Assembly: GCF_009914755.1 (NCBI RefSeq)
Contig: NC_060937.1
Source of the DNA: the human T2T-CHM13v2.0 reference genome, Homo sapiens
DNA: 64,000 nucleotides
Direction: 5' to 3' (one strand)
The notes beneath the pieces were generated by a model. The model was not told the origin of the DNA. It did not search any database and saw nothing but the letters and a program-made list of their open reading frames with translations. Made by a program: the position numbers and the translations under genes. Below, piece after piece: positions 28,900-51,298 of the stretch. The number at the start of each line of letters is the position of its first letter. Positions within the stretch are counted from its first letter, which is position 1.

Positions 28900-29184
28900 G
28901 GCTGGGCACGGTGGCTCATGCCTGTAATCCCAGCACTTTGGGAGGCCGAGGTGGGCGGATCTTGAGATCAGGAGGTGGAGACTACCCTGACCAACATGGT
29001 GAAATCCCATCTGTACTAAAAATACAAAAATTAGCTGGTTGTGCTGGTGCGTGCCTGTAATCCCAGCTACTCAGGAGGCTGAGGCAGGAGAGTCGCTTGA
29101 ACCAGGGAGTCGGAGGTTGCAGTGAGCCGAGATCACGCCACTGCACAGAGACTCTGTCTCAAAAAAAAAAAAAAAAAAAAAAAA
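28900..29184 (+). mobile_element. AluS (Sg/Sc group) with small right-arm deletion
   Basis: accagggagtcggagg motif; TSD aagaataacaaca. Confidence 0.92.
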
Positions 29185-29249
29185 GAATAACAACAAAGGA
29201 CAAAACCTTATCTCTAGGCTTTTCCCTTCCCTGATATACTCTATTTGGT

Positions 29250-30490
29250 CTAGCTTCTCCCCTAAGATCCGGCTCAGCTGCTATTTTCCCCGGGAAGCCC
29301 TCCTTAACCCTCTAACCCCTTCACCAGCCTGGCTCTAGGGCTTCCCTTCCTGTTTCTCAGCAACTCCCACAGCCTTCTAGGCTTGTAAGAGTCTACTTAA
29401 TACAGATACCATTATTCATTTACTTCTCAGCCTTTTTCACTCCATATTCCTGGACTCCTTGAGGGATGGACTGTCTCCTTAGTATTTATATACCCTGTGT
29501 TATGTCAGTGAGATGCCCGGCATAGTGAATGCGTGGGATGTATCTGTACTGAATGATCACATGTGTGCGGGTGGCGCTTGGGGCTATGGGTGAGGTATAG
29601 GAAGGCTTCCTGGGGCAGCTGGTGCTGGAGCCATCCTGAGGTCTTGGTAAGCATTTGCCAGGCTGAGAAGAAAGAGACAACCCCCTGGGCAAGGTGAACA
29701 GCAAGTTCAAGGGCACAGAGGCATGACTGAGGTTATCCTTTTAGAACAACCCATTCTAAAAGAAAAATGTTTTAACCCAAAACACACCTAACATTTTATA
29801 GCAAGACATACCTAATATTTACCCACATTATTAAAAAAATTTGTGCTATTTTGCTTTTTAATTTTTACTTCAGATTGAAGATGACTCTGGGTTCATTGAG
29901 TGCATTTTGAATCACCTGGTGGGGTTGGATGAGAGGTTATCTGGATTGGGCATTTTTTCCTTCTTGACACTTCTCTTTCTCTCCTTCTCATTCTTCTCTT
30001 TCCCTTATCTCCTGATTTCTGTAAGAATCTACTATGTAAAACACATTGCCCAGCATGTGGGGGACCTTGGTGAAGAGCTTATGGCCTTGCAATGAACCTC
30101 AGGTACAAGACTCTAAAACAAGGCAGAAAGTGATGCAAGCCACAGGAGAAAACCTGTTGGTGTCTATGAGAGTTCACAGGAAGGAGGACTTCTTTCCAAT
30201 GCAGAGAAGACCAAAGAAGTCTTCATGGTGGGAATGATTTTTTTTTAGCATGTGGAATTTAGGTGTGAGGAGTCTTGGGGTGGTAGGCATTCATTGGGGA
30301 GAAAACAGCAGAAGCAAATGTCTGCAGACAGGATGGCCTTCCACATGGTTGGAGAGGAGGAGCAGCAAGAAATAACCTTGGAGGGTTCATTTTCAGGTGT
30401 ATATGGAGGTTCTTACTGCAAGTGGAGAAGTTTGGACTTTCTTCTTTAGGTAGACGGGAGCCAGTGAGATTTTTGAGCATGCAGTTGATG
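29250..30490. mobile_element. Degraded L2 fragments
   Basis: gggaagccctcct, cttgagggatggactgt, ggaaggcttcctgg, gggagccagtgagatttttgagca; boundaries approximate. Confidence 0.45.
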
Positions 30491-31396
30491 TATCAGAGCT
30501 GTAGGCAGAGTCAGGTGTCCTAGCCAGACAGAAAAACCAGCTTGAAAAGCTATTTATTAAGCCAGCTGGGAAGAGGTATTCATGTAGGGAAAGAAAACCA
30601 ACAAAATCAGAAGGGAAAGTAGTTCTGGCACATGGTGCTTTGACGAGATCATTAAGGATTCATTCTGTCTCCAGTTTAATACAGAAAGTGGCACAGGGCA
30701 AACATAGACGGGAAGTGGCCAAGGAAACAATAAGAATGATGTGATCTTTTCCTGAGTGCCGAAGGTAAAGCCATTGGTCAACTGATGTGATTTGTGGTTA
30801 GAAGAATCTTGGAGCTGCCAGGCACAGGCTATATTATTGGTTCGTTATGTACGTTTCTATTGGGATTGGAATGTCTAGTAATTATCCTAAGGTTTCATCA
30901 TGAGTAATTCTGAAACTTTCTGAAATATAGGAACAGAAGCATCCCATGAAGATACTGTGCTTTGCTGGTTCCCTGGAGGAGCTGGGATTTTAGCAACATC
31001 AGAAGCAACATTGAGATACCCTCCACGTGGTTTTTAAAGCTACAGCTGACTAAATGAGAAGACAGGTTAAACAGACATTCCATATGAATAGAACATGATT
31101 ATAATTATTCTTATCCTTGAGTTGTGAGTCTTGGTTTCTGTCATGTGCAGATTTGCAAATTTTTATGACTCAAAGAAATATGTTGTAAAGCTAGGCACCA
31201 GATCGACATTGTTTTGGTTTTGCTAAAGATTTGAGATTTTGCATGTACAGCAAGTAAGTCACACTTTGTTTTATAGTGATGGGCAAAAGGCACATAGAGT
31301 GAGTTTGTTGTTGAGAACTTAGAGTTGTATCATTTTGCTCTTCAGGGTCTGCCAGGCTATCCCACGCTGTTTAACTTCCCTCTTCATCTCTTTTTC

Positions 31397-31892
31397 TGCT
31401 ATGGACTGAATTGTGTACCCACTCCACCTTCACCCTACAATTCATATATTGAAGTTCCAGCTCCTAACATGATGGTATTGGAGATGAGGCCTTTGGGAAG
31501 TAAGTAGGTTTAGATGAGGTCACATGAGGGTGGGGCCTCTGGGATGGGATTAATGTCCTTATAAGAAGAAGGAGAGTTGGTGGGGGGGGGGGAGAGAGAG
31601 AGAGAGAGAGGGGGGGGGGAGGGAGGGAGGGAGGGAGAGAGAGAGAGAGAGAGAGTGAGAGTGAGAGAGAGAGAGAGAACAGAGCTCACTGTCTCTGCTA
31701 TGTGGGGACACAGCAAGAGGTTGACCATCTGCAAGCCGGGAAGGGGGTACCCTCACCACAAACAAAATCTACTGGCACCTTGATCTTGGACTTCCATCCT
31801 CAAGAACTGAGAAAATAAATTTCTGTTGTTTGAGCCAGCCAGTCTGTCCACTCCGTGGTGTTTTGCTGTGGCAGCCCAAGCTGACCAATACA
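31397..31892 (+). mobile_element. MLT1A-type MaLR solo LTR with internal G/(GA)n tract
   Basis: tgctatggactgaattgtgt start; ggcaccttgatcttggacttcc; aataaatttctgttgttt; ends ctgaccaataca. Confidence 0.88.
31582..31678. repeat. Polypurine G-run/(GA)n/(GGAG)n simple repeat
   Basis: Seen directly. Confidence 0.95.
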
Positions 31893-33039
31893 GTGCTACC
31901 ATGTGCAAAACTTAGGACAACTGAGGGTTTAAGGTCATGTGTTTATTACATAGAAATGCTATACCATTCCTTAGACTGTATTATGTAATGCATTTTGGCA
32001 TATAAATGTCTGATAGAGACAGGCCAAGATGAAAAACTGGGGTGGGTTTGTGTGACAAATTTTGGTAAAGGGTAGGGCATACTTTGCTTAAGAATCAGTA
32101 AAATCTTTGCAGCCAGGGAAAATGTATGCTCTAAGTATGGACTCTTGGAGCCTTTTGTGTGTTTTACTAGCTTCATGTAGAAATATAGAAGTTCTTGGAT
32201 GTATAGTCAGATTAATGAATTGGCTAATTTATGATTAATATCAATTTTGGGGACCACAGTAGCAATAAAAGAAGTACGTAAGATGAAACAGTTTAAAACA
32301 GAAAAAGGATTAAAGAATGTATTTCGAAGATCTCGAAATCCATCTGTCAGTTTTAGCTCTTCTAAAAATCATTTGTTCACAGTGGCTGAAGGCCAGCCTC
32401 ATATATGCCAGGTTATATTTAGAAAAACAAAAGGGGAAGGGGAAGCTCGTATCTATTTGTGGAAGTAGTCCCAGCTATGTTTTTATACCTCCCAGATCCG
32501 AAATACAGTGGGACTCCCTTAGAATGCAGTTTCATGGGCCTCTGAGACAGCATCCCTCTTGGAAGAGAGCATGTCCTCTAAGCATTTTATTGTACTAGGC
32601 TGATATAGTGGCAGTATTTCATGGGTTTTACTTGACTTGTTTTTCATGCTAATTTGTGTAATAATGAACTGTGCTTGTGATGGACTTTTAGGATGTAGAA
32701 AACTATTTTGAGGAGTTCTGTAAGTCAAAAAAATTATAGTTGAGTATTGTGAATTTGGAACCACATAACTCCCCAATATTAATTCAGACAATTAGAGAGT
32801 TACATTCATTCTTTTAGATTAAATAGTATTATTAGATAGTGTGTATCTACCAGGCATAGTTCAAGCAGTGGGGAGATTTAGTATATAATCTTTGGAAAAC
32901 TTGTGCCCTTAAAATATGGTTGACCGTCTGTAGGTCCATGAAGATGAGTATTAAGTTCTTGGGAAATCACAATAACTGAGTTGTTCATTGTACACACATC
33001 TGCACCAGTGCCATGGAAACTGCAGAGAAGCAGTAGCCC

Positions 33040-33245
33040 TCCACTGTTGGATATGGTAGCCACTAGCACCAGTGGGAATTTAAATGTAAATGAATTAACG
33101 TTAAATACAATGCAGAATTCCATTTCTTAGTTGCACAGCCACATTTCACATACTCATTTGCCAAAACAGCTAGTGGTAATTCTGTGAGATGGTGCAGATG
33201 TAGGATATTTCCACCGGCTCAGGAAGTTCTATTGGATAATGTGGT
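33040..33245 (-). mobile_element. MER3 hAT MITE
   Basis: atggtagccactagc ... gccacatttc ... aagttctattgga matches reverse of recalled MER3 consensus. Confidence 0.8.
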
Positions 33246-33503
33246 GTGGGAACATTTTTTTCTGCCCCTGATTAATTTTAAATCTATTTTAAATCTGGAA
33301 TAGAAAGATGTGCAGAAGGAGAGGATAAAAGAAAACATAATTAACATTTTTATCGGCAGTGTCTCTGGGCAGCATGTGATTGATTATTGGAGTAATTGTA
33401 TAGATAATAAATAATACAAGATGTTAGACTGAGATGATTAGGGAAGAGTTGTAACTTTTACTGGATTTTCAAATAACCAGTGGGATTCCAACAGCAGTGA
33501 TGA

Positions 33504-35361
<1,858 letters not shown>

Positions 35362-35421
35362 GAACAGGTTGAAGTTTTGTTTGGGGGGCTGGGGAGTGGG
35401 CAGTATAAGATGTGTTTGATG

Positions 35422-35585
35422 CAGGAACAGCTGTATAATTTGGAGGACCCAGTACAAAATAAAAATACGGGGTTTCCTGTTAAAAAATTCGTAGGTATTT
35501 GTAGTCCATGACAGAAGAGCTTTAAACCAAGCACAGAACCCTTCCAAATCATGGGGTAGCATGGCATGGTTTAAAGGCTGGTGAG
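35422..35585 (-). mobile_element. MER45A-like hAT element
   Basis: caggaacagctgtataatttg..cccagtacaaaataaaaat..ttaaaccaagc matches reverse of recalled MER45A. Confidence 0.7.
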
Positions 35586-36716
35586 TGAGCCAAATTGGCT
35601 AGGTTCTGATGAGTTCTGAAGGTGAGTAGTAAGAGATACATGGCCAAAAACACTATCACAACCTAAAAACCTTTCTTGTCTCAGCTTCACCATATCAGAG
35701 CATGGTATGTTCCTCGTGGGTTGTTGTTTGGGGCCAGAGCCCTGCTCTTTCCACAGTGGTTTGTCTTTCCATCCTGAACATCACACCGAAGATAGCATTA
35801 TTTTTCTGAATCCATTGTAAAGCAAGAGTACATGATGAACTACCGTATCCCTGCTGATTGTGAACATTATCTCTTCAAATAAAATAAATGATGTGGTTTA
35901 GAAAGTACCATCTGAGTGCCACACTAGCTGGGGGCTTGGCATTCATTAGTTTGTTAGCTGACAATTACACCAGAACTTTCTCTTTCATTTTGAATGTCTC
36001 AATGGGAATCATTACTGCAAATAAAAAAGCAAAATAGAAATCATTGTGGAGACATTAATATTTTTATTTTAGACATACTTAGCAAATAATATCATGTAAT
36101 GGGCTGCGAATTTTTGGCATTTAAATGCTGATTTCACATGAGCTATGATGTGTGGATCATCTTTAGTTAAATGTGTGATTGAACTGTGCGTAGTGTTTGC
36201 CTGCCATATGGGTGCTTAAGGAAAATAAAATAACACAAAGACTCGATGAAGATGCGTACCTTTTATTTGGCAAATAATTCAAATTCCCTTTCCTCCCACC
36301 TTTTTTCAGTGTCTACCACAAACCACGCTGGCTTGGCAAGGAGGATGTCTCAGTTTTTCTTCTTCAGGCAATAAATACATTTACCCTTGACATTATTTAG
36401 TTTTCTGTTTTGAGGTAATTGTAGATTCACATGCAGTTGCAAGAAATAATAGAGATCTCACGTACCGTTTTCCTCAATAATAATATCTTGTAAAACAATA
36501 GTAAAATATCACAATGTTAAATCAAGTTTAGCCTGAAACTGCCTCCTTACATATTTTAAGTTCAGCCAAAAGATTTCTCTGTATATCGTGAACTGTAACC
36601 TAAATGAACTTGTAAACAGAGTGTAGCCAACTCTTGTGCCAATCACCAAATTTTGGCCAAAGGTGGCCAGCTGTTCAAATAAGGCAAATGCGAAGCTGTA
36701 AGAAATCGAGCTGTTT

Positions 36717-37014
36717 CTTTTTCTTTTTTTTTGAGACATAGTCTCACTCTGTCGCCCAGGCTGGAGGGCAGTGGCGTGATCTCGGCTCATTGCAAGCTCC
36801 GCCTCCCAGGTTCACGCCATTCTCCTGCCTCAGCCTCCTGAGTAGCTGGGACTACAGGCGCCCACCACCACGCCTGGCTAATTTTTTTGAATTTTTAGTA
36901 GAGACGGGGTTTCACCCTGTTAGCCAGGATGGTCCCGATCTCCTGATCTTGTGATCTGCCCGTCTCGGCCTCCCAAAGTGCTGGGATTACAGGTGTGAGC
37001 CACCATGCCCAGCA
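36717..37014 (-). mobile_element. AluY SINE
   Basis: gcaagctccgcc, ttcacgccattc, ttagccaggatgg; TSD aatc[g/c]agctgttt. Confidence 0.93.
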
Positions 37015-37179
37015 CAATCCAGCTGTTTTTATATCTGACTTCCATTTTCTCTCTGTCACTTTCTTTTTTCTGTCCATAAATCGTCTTCTACCACATGGCT
37101 GCACTGGAGTCTCTGAACCTGCTAACGTTTTGGAGGCTGCCCGATTCATGAATTGTTCTTTGCTCAATTAAACTTTTTT

Positions 37180-37493
<314 letters not shown>

Positions 37494-38039
37494 CAGTTAA
37501 ACTCTTTTGGCTAAAGTTTTTCTTTTAACAACGATTACAATATTGGCATTGATACAATCCACTTACCTTGTTCAGATTCTCCCACCAGTTTTACCTGTAG
37601 CTGTGTGTGTGTGTGTATGTGTGTGTGTTCCATGCAGTCTAATCAGTGTGGGTTCATGTATCACTACCACAGGCGAGATTCTGAATTCCTTCACCACCAG
37701 GATCCCTCATGTTGCCCTTTTATAACCACAGACACTGTTCCCCCAACCTGCTCTCTGCCATCATCCTTAATCCCTTGCAACTGCTGATCTGTTCTCCATT
37801 TTTATAATCTTGTCATTTGAAGACAAAATAAATGTAACAATACAGTGTGTAACCATTAAGATTGACTTTTTCCCCTCAGAATAATTTCTGAACATTATTC
37901 CAAGTTGTTGTATCAATAGTTTGTTCCCTTTGACTGCTGAGTAGTAGTAATGATATAGAGGTACCACAGTCCATCTAAAGGACATCTAGGTGGTTTCTCG
38001 TTCTAGGCTGTCACAAATAAAGCTGTTACGAACATACAT

Positions 38040-38152
38040 TGTATTAGTTGACTAGGCTGGCATAACAAAGCACTACAAACTAGGTTAGACAACAGACATT
38101 TAGGAGTTCAGCATATGAATCTGGAGTGTGAGACTCAATTCAGCGCTTAACA
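38040..38152 (-). mobile_element. Internally deleted MLT1 LTR (both termini, ~113 bp)
   Basis: tgtattagtt..gcataacaaag joined to ttcagcatatgaat..caattcagcgcttaaca; 5-bp TSD tacat/ttcat. Confidence 0.6.
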
Positions 38153-40785
38153 TTCATGTGCAGGTTTTCCTGTGAATATCACTTTTCATTTCTCTGGAGT
38201 AAATGCCTAAGACTGCAGTTTCTCAGTAGTATTGTGATTGCATGTCTAGGCTTTTAAAAAAGTGCCAAGCTGTGTTAGAGAGGCTGTACCAGTTTACATT
38301 CCCACAGTACAAGTGAACCTGTTTCTCCACATCCTCAGCAGCATTTGGTGGTGTTGCTATTTCCTATTTTTGCCATTTTGATAAATGGTATCTTATTGTG
38401 ATTTTGATTTGCATTTCCCAAATGAAGAATGATGTTGAGCATCTTTTCTTGTGCTTATTGCATCTAAATATCCTCTTTGGAGAAGAGTCTATTCATGTCT
38501 TTTGCTCATTAAAAAAAAATTTTTTAAGTCTTGACTTTTGAGAGTTCTTTATATATTCTGGATAGTAATTCATTTTCAAATATGTGGTTTGCAAAGATTT
38601 TCTCCCAATGCGTAGCTTCTCTTTTTATCCCCTTGACAGCGTCTTTCACTGAGCAAAACTTTTTAATTTTGGAAAAGTGCAATTTAATGTTTTCTTGTAT
38701 GGATTATGCTTTTGGCATTAAGCCTAGGAACTCTTTTTGTCTAGCCTTAGATCCCAAAGATTTTCTCCTATTATTTTTTAAATAAAATTTTCAGGTCTCA
38801 CATGTAAGTAGTCCATGATCCTTTTTGAGTTAATTTTTGCAATAGGATATAAGGCTTAGGTTGAGGTTCTTTCTTATGCCTATTGATACACAACAGCTCC
38901 AGCACTGTGTGTTAGGAAGGCTCTCTGTCTTCCATCGAATTGCTTTTGCTGTTATCAAATATTAGTTAGGCATATTTTTGTGAATCTATCTCTGGGTTCT
39001 CTGCTGTGTTCCATTGGTCTGTGTGTCTATGCCTCTACCAATACCATACTATTTTGATTACTGTAGCAATAAAGTAAGTCTTAATAGATAGAGTAGTTCT
39101 TCCTATTGTGTTTTTTCCCAAGATTATTATGGTAGGGTTTGTGCCTCTTCATATAAATTTTAAAATAAGCTTGTTCATCTGCAAACAAACAAAAACCTTG
39201 ATGGGATTTTGATGGTAATTGCATTAGATTAGTTTGAGAATAATTGACATCTTTACTATGTTGAATCTTCTATGAAAACAATATGCCTTTTTATTTAGAT
39301 CTTTGATTTCTTTTATCAGAATTTAAAACTTTTCAGCTTGAAGTTTCCGTATGTGTTTTGTTAAGTACACACTTAAGTATTTCATTTTTTGTGGAGAGAT
39401 TATAAATCTTGTGTTTTCGATTTTGGTTAATACTTGTTCTTATAAGCATATAGAGACATGATTGATATTTACATGTTGATCATGTGTCCTGTGAATTTGC
39501 TGAACTTATTATTTCCAGGAGATTTTAAAAAATAGTTTTCTTGGGAAATTCTATGTAGCAAATTATATGCAAACCAGGATAGTTTCATTTTTTGCTTTCT
39601 AATCCAAATGTGTTTCTTTTTCTTGCCATATTTTGCTGGCTAGAATTTCTAGTACTATGTTGAATAAAAGTGGTGAGAGTGGATCACCTTAACTTGCTCC
39701 TGATCTTAGGGGAAACATTCAGGCATTAAGAAATGCATTTCACTTAAATATAATGTCCCCTGTAGGTTTTTTGTAGGTACTCATTCTTGAACAAGTTAAG
39801 GAAGTTCCTCTTTACTCCTAACTTGCTGAGAGTATTTGTCATGAGTGGGTGTTGGATTTTGTAAAAAAAAAAATTTTAACATTAATTGATACAATCTTGC
39901 TTCTTTAGCTAATATATATAGTGGATTACATTGATTGATTTTCAAATGTGGAACCAGCCTTGCATACCTGGATTAATCCTAGTGTGTGTAATTCTTTTTA
40001 TACACTGTTTGACTCAATTTGCTAATATTATGTTTAGGATTTTTTGTGACTAACTTCATGAGAAATATTGATCTGTGGACTGTCTTTTGTATTATCTTTG
40101 TCTGGTTTGGTCAGGGTAATAGTGGCTTCTTATTAAATAGAATGATTTGGGAAGTGTTTTCTTATTTTCTGTTTTCTGGAAGATATTGTATAAAATTAGT
40201 GCTAATTCTACTTTAAACATTGGTGGAATTCTCCAGTGAAATCAGCTGGGCTTGGAGATTCCTTTTTGGGAGGTTTTTACCTGATGAATTAAACTCTTCA
40301 GTAGTTTATAGGGCTGTTCAAATGATTTCTTTCATATGGATTGAGTTGTGGTAATTTGCGGTTTTTGAGAAATTGGACCATTTCATCTAAAATTCCTTCT
40401 ATTTGAAGAACTTCCTTTAGCCACTCTGTGAGGATAGGTCTTTTAGAAATATATTATTTTAGTTGTTCTTCATGTGAGAGTGTCTTTATTTCCCTCTTTA
40501 TTCCTGAATGAGAGTTTTGCTGGATAAATAATTTGCAGTTGACAGTTCTTTTCTTTCTTATTTTATTTTATTTTACTATTATTATGCTTTAAGTTTTAGG
40601 GTACATGTGCACAATGTGCAGGTTTGTTACATATGTATACATGTGCCATGTTGGTGTGCTGCACCCAGTAACTCATCATTTAGCATTAGGTATATCTCCT
40701 AATGCTATCCCTCCCCCCTCCCCCCACCCCACAACAGGCCCTGGTGTGTGATGTTCCCCTTCCTGTGTCCATGTGTTCTCATTGT

Positions 40786-44616
<3,831 letters not shown>

Positions 44617-44679
44617 AGACCATTAAGGCTAGGAAGAAACTGCATCAACTATCGAGCAAAATAACCAGCTAACATCATA

Positions 44680-45147
44680 ATGAGAGGCTCAAATTCACAC
44701 ATAACAATATTAACTTTAAATGTAAATGGACTAAATGCTCCAATTAAAAGACAGAGAGTGGCAAATTGGATAAAGAGTCAAGACCCATCAGTGTGCTGTA
44801 TTCAGGAAACCCATCTCACGTGCAGAGACACACATAGGCTCAAAATAAAGGGATGGAGGAAGATCTGCCAAGCAAATGGAAAACAAAAAAAGGCAGGGGT
44901 TGCAATCCTAGTCTCGGATAAAACAGACTTTAAACCAACAAAGATCAAAAGAGACAAAGAAGGCCATTACATAATGGTAAAGGGATCAATTCAACAAAAA
45001 GAGCTAACTATCCTAAATATATATGCACCCAATACAGGAGCACCCAAATTCATAACGCAAGTACTGAGTGACCTACAAAGAGACTTAGACTCCCACACAA
45101 TAATAATGGGAGACTTTAACACCCCACTGTCAACATTAGACAGATAA
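44680..45147 (+). pseudogene. L1 ORF2p N-terminal endonuclease remnant in the inverted arm
   Basis: TLNVNGLN, IQETH, YAPN and GDFNT motifs. Confidence 0.92.
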
Positions 45148-45445
45148 TCGAGACAGAAAGTTGACAGTTCTTTTCTTTCAGCACTTAAAAAACCATTGTG
45201 TCACTTCCTTCTGGTCTCCATGGTTTCAGGTGAGTAATCTGAATTGTGTTTCCCTGTGGGCCGTCTGTTATTTATCTTTGGCTGCTTTCAAGATTTTTCT
45301 TTGTATTTAGTTTTGAGATGTTTAATCGTGTTGTGTCTTGGTGTGAATTTTGGGGGGTTTATCCCATTTGGAATCCACTCAGTTTCTTGATTCTCTAGAT
45401 TTATGTCTTTCACCAAATTTGGGATATTTTCAGCAACTATTTCTT

Positions 45446-47248
<1,803 letters not shown>

Positions 47249-48155
47249 TAGATATTTTGATACAAGCATGCAGTGCATAATAATCACATAACAGAAAATG
47301 GGGTATCCGTTCCTTCAAGCATTTATCCTTTGTGTTACAATCCAGTTATACTCTTTTATTTTTAAATGTGCAATTAAACTATTACTGACTGTAGTCTGTT
47401 GTGCTATCAAATACTAGGTCCTACTCTTTCTATTTTTATTTTATATCTATTAACCACTCCCATTTCCCTCCATCCCACCCGTTACCCTTCCCAGCCTCTG
47501 GTAACCATCTTTCTACTCTCTATTTCCACAGGTTTAATTGTTTTGATTTTTAGCTCCCACAAATAAGCGAGAACATGTGAAGTTTCTCTTTCTGTGCCTA
47601 ACTTATTTCACTTAACATGATGATCTCCAGTTCCATCCTTCCATTCTTTTTTTGTTCTTATTCTTTTTTTGTTCTTATTTTTTTCCCCACCTTTTAAGTT
47701 CCAGGGAAGATGTGTAGGATGTTCAGGTTTGTTACATAGGTAAACGTATGCCATGGTGGTTTGCCGCGTAGATCAACCTATCACCTAGGTATTAAGCCCA
47801 GCAGTCATTACCTGTTCTTTCTTTTCCTGATGCTCTTCCTCCCCCCAGCCCCCCAGCAGGCCCCAGTTTGTGTTGTTCCCCTCCATGTGTTCTCATCGTT
47901 AAGCTCTCACTTATAAGTGAAAACATGCAGTGTTTGGTTTTCTGTTCCTGTGTTAGTTTGCTGAGGATAACAGCTTCCAGCTCCATTCATGTCCCTGCAA
48001 AGGACATGATCTCATTTCTTTTTATGGCTGCATAGTATTCCATAATGTATATGTATCACATTTTCTTTATCCAGTCTATCATTGATGGGCATTTGGGTTG
48101 ATTCCATGTCTTTGCTATTGTGAATAGTGGCTGCAATGAACACACATATACATGG

Positions 48156-48765
<610 letters not shown>

Positions 48766-50156
48766 CATATTTTTATAATATAATAATATATTTTCCTTTG
48801 CGTATATACCCAGTAACGAGATTGCTGGGTAAAATGGTATTTCTGCCTCTTAGATTTTTGAGGAATTGCCACACTGTCTTCCACAATGGTTGAACTAATC
48901 TACACTCCCATCTACAGAGTAAAAGCTTTCCTTTTTCTCCACAACCTCAGCAGCATCTGTTGTTTCTTGACTTTTTAATAATTGTCATTCTGACTGGTAT
49001 GAGATAGTATCTCATTGTGGTTTTGATTTGTATTTCGTGATGATCGGTGATGTTGAGCTTTTTTTCATATGTTTATTGGCCATATGAATGTCTTCTTTTG
49101 AGAAACATCTGTTCATATTCTTTGCCCACTTTTTAATGTTTTTTTTTTTTTTTTTTGTAAATTTGTTTACATTTTTTGTAGGCCCTGGGTAGTAGACCTT
49201 TGCCAGATAGATACATTGCAAAAATTGTCTTCTATTCTGTAGGTTGTCTCTTCACTCTGATGATAGTTTCTTTTGCTCTGCAGAAGCCCTTTAGTTTAAT
49301 TCGATTCCATTTGTCAATTTTTGCTTTTGTTGCAATTGCTTCTGGAGTTTTTGTCATGAAATCTTTGCCCATGCCTGTGTCCTCAATGGTATTTTCTAGG
49401 TTTTCTTCCAGGTTTTATTTTTTTAATAGTTTTGAGTTTTACATTTAAGTCTTCAACCCATCTTGAGTTAATTTTTGTATATGGTGTAAGGAAAGGTTCC
49501 AATTTCAAATTTTTTGCATATGGCTAGCCAGTTCTCCCAGCACCATTTATTAAATAGGGAACCCTTTCCCCATTACTTGTTTTTGCCAGGTTTGTCGAAG
49601 ATCAGATGGCTGTAGGTGTACAGTCTTATTTCTGAGTTCTCTATTCTGTTCCATTGATCTATGTATCTATTCTTGTAGCAATATCATGCTGTTTTGGTCA
49701 CTGTAGCCTTGTAGTATAGTTTGAAGTCAGGTAGCGTGATGCCTCCAGCTTTGTTGTTTTTGCTTAGGATTGTCTTGACTATATGGGCTCTTTTTTGGTT
49801 CCACATGAATTTTAAAACAGTTTTTTTTCTAATTTTGTGAAGAATGTCAATGGTAGTTTAATGGGAATCACATTGAATCTTTAAATTACTTTGGGAAGTA
49901 TGGCCATTTTCATGATGTTGATTCTTCCTATCCATGAGCATGGATTGTTTTTCCATTTGTTTGTGTCCTCTCTGATTTCCTTGAGCAGTGGTTTGTTGTT
50001 CTTCTTAAAGAGGTCCTTTACTTCCCTTGTTAGCTTAGCTGTATTCCTAGGTATTTTTATTCTTTTTGTAGCAATTGTGAATGGGATTTCATTCATGATT
50101 TGTTTCTCTGTTTGCCTATTGTTGGTTTACTGGAATGCTAGCGATTTTTGCACATT

Positions 50157-50240
50157 TTTAAAAAAAATTTTGTTATTATTATACTTTAAGTTTTAGGGTA
50201 CATGTACACAATACCTAATGCTAAATGACGAGTTAATGGG
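50157..50240 (-). mobile_element. 84-bp twin-primed L1PA 3' end inserted in an older L1
   Basis: TSD tgcacatt (50149 and 50241); antisense L1 terminus followed by the sense 3'UTR piece atacctaatgctaaatgacgagttaatgggtgca. Confidence 0.88.
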
Positions 50241-50893
50241 TGCACATTGATTTTTGTATCCTGAGACTTTGCTGAAGTTGCTTATCAGCTTAAGAAGCTT
50301 TTGGGCTGAGACGATGGGGTTTTCTAGATATAGGATGATGTCATTTGCAAACAAAGATAATTTGACTTCCTGTCTCCCTGTTTGAATACCCTTTATTTCT
50401 TTATCTTGCCTGATTCCCCTGGCCAGAACTTCCAACACTATGTTGAATAGCAGTGGTGAGAGAAGGCATCCTTGTCTTGTGCCAGTTTTCAAGGGGAATG
50501 TTTCCAGCTTTTGCCCATTTAATATGATATTGTCTGTGGGTTTGTCATATATGGCTCTTATTACTTTGAGGTATGTTCCTTCAATACCTAGTTTATTGAG
50601 AGTTTTTAACATGAGGGAATGTTGAATTTTATTGAAGTCCTTTTCTGTGTCTATTGAGATAATCATGTAGTTTTTGTCTTTAGTTCTGTTTGTGTGATTT
50701 ATTACATTTATTGATTTGGATATGTTGAACCAATCTTGCGTCACGGGGATGAAGCTAACTTAGTTGTGGTGGGTAAGTTTTTTGATGTGCTGCTGGATTT
50801 GGTTTGCCAGTATTTTATTCAGGATTTTTGCAGCGATATTCATCAGGGATATTGGCCTGAAGTTTTCTTTTTCTTTTGTATCTCTGATATCTA

Positions 50894-51064
<171 letters not shown>

Positions 51065-51184
51065 TTATTACTGCCTCAACTTCAGAACTCATTATTGGTC
51101 TATTCAGGGATTCTGTTTCTTCTTGATTCAGTCTTGTGAGGGTGTGTGTGTCTAGAAATTTATCCATTTCTTCTGGATTTTCTA

Positions 51185-51298
<114 letters not shown>

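Noticed and set aside
31151-31253. Possible 103-nt exon (tgcag ... caa|gtaagt)
   Set aside because: Weak pyrimidine tract, no recognisable coding content, untestable here
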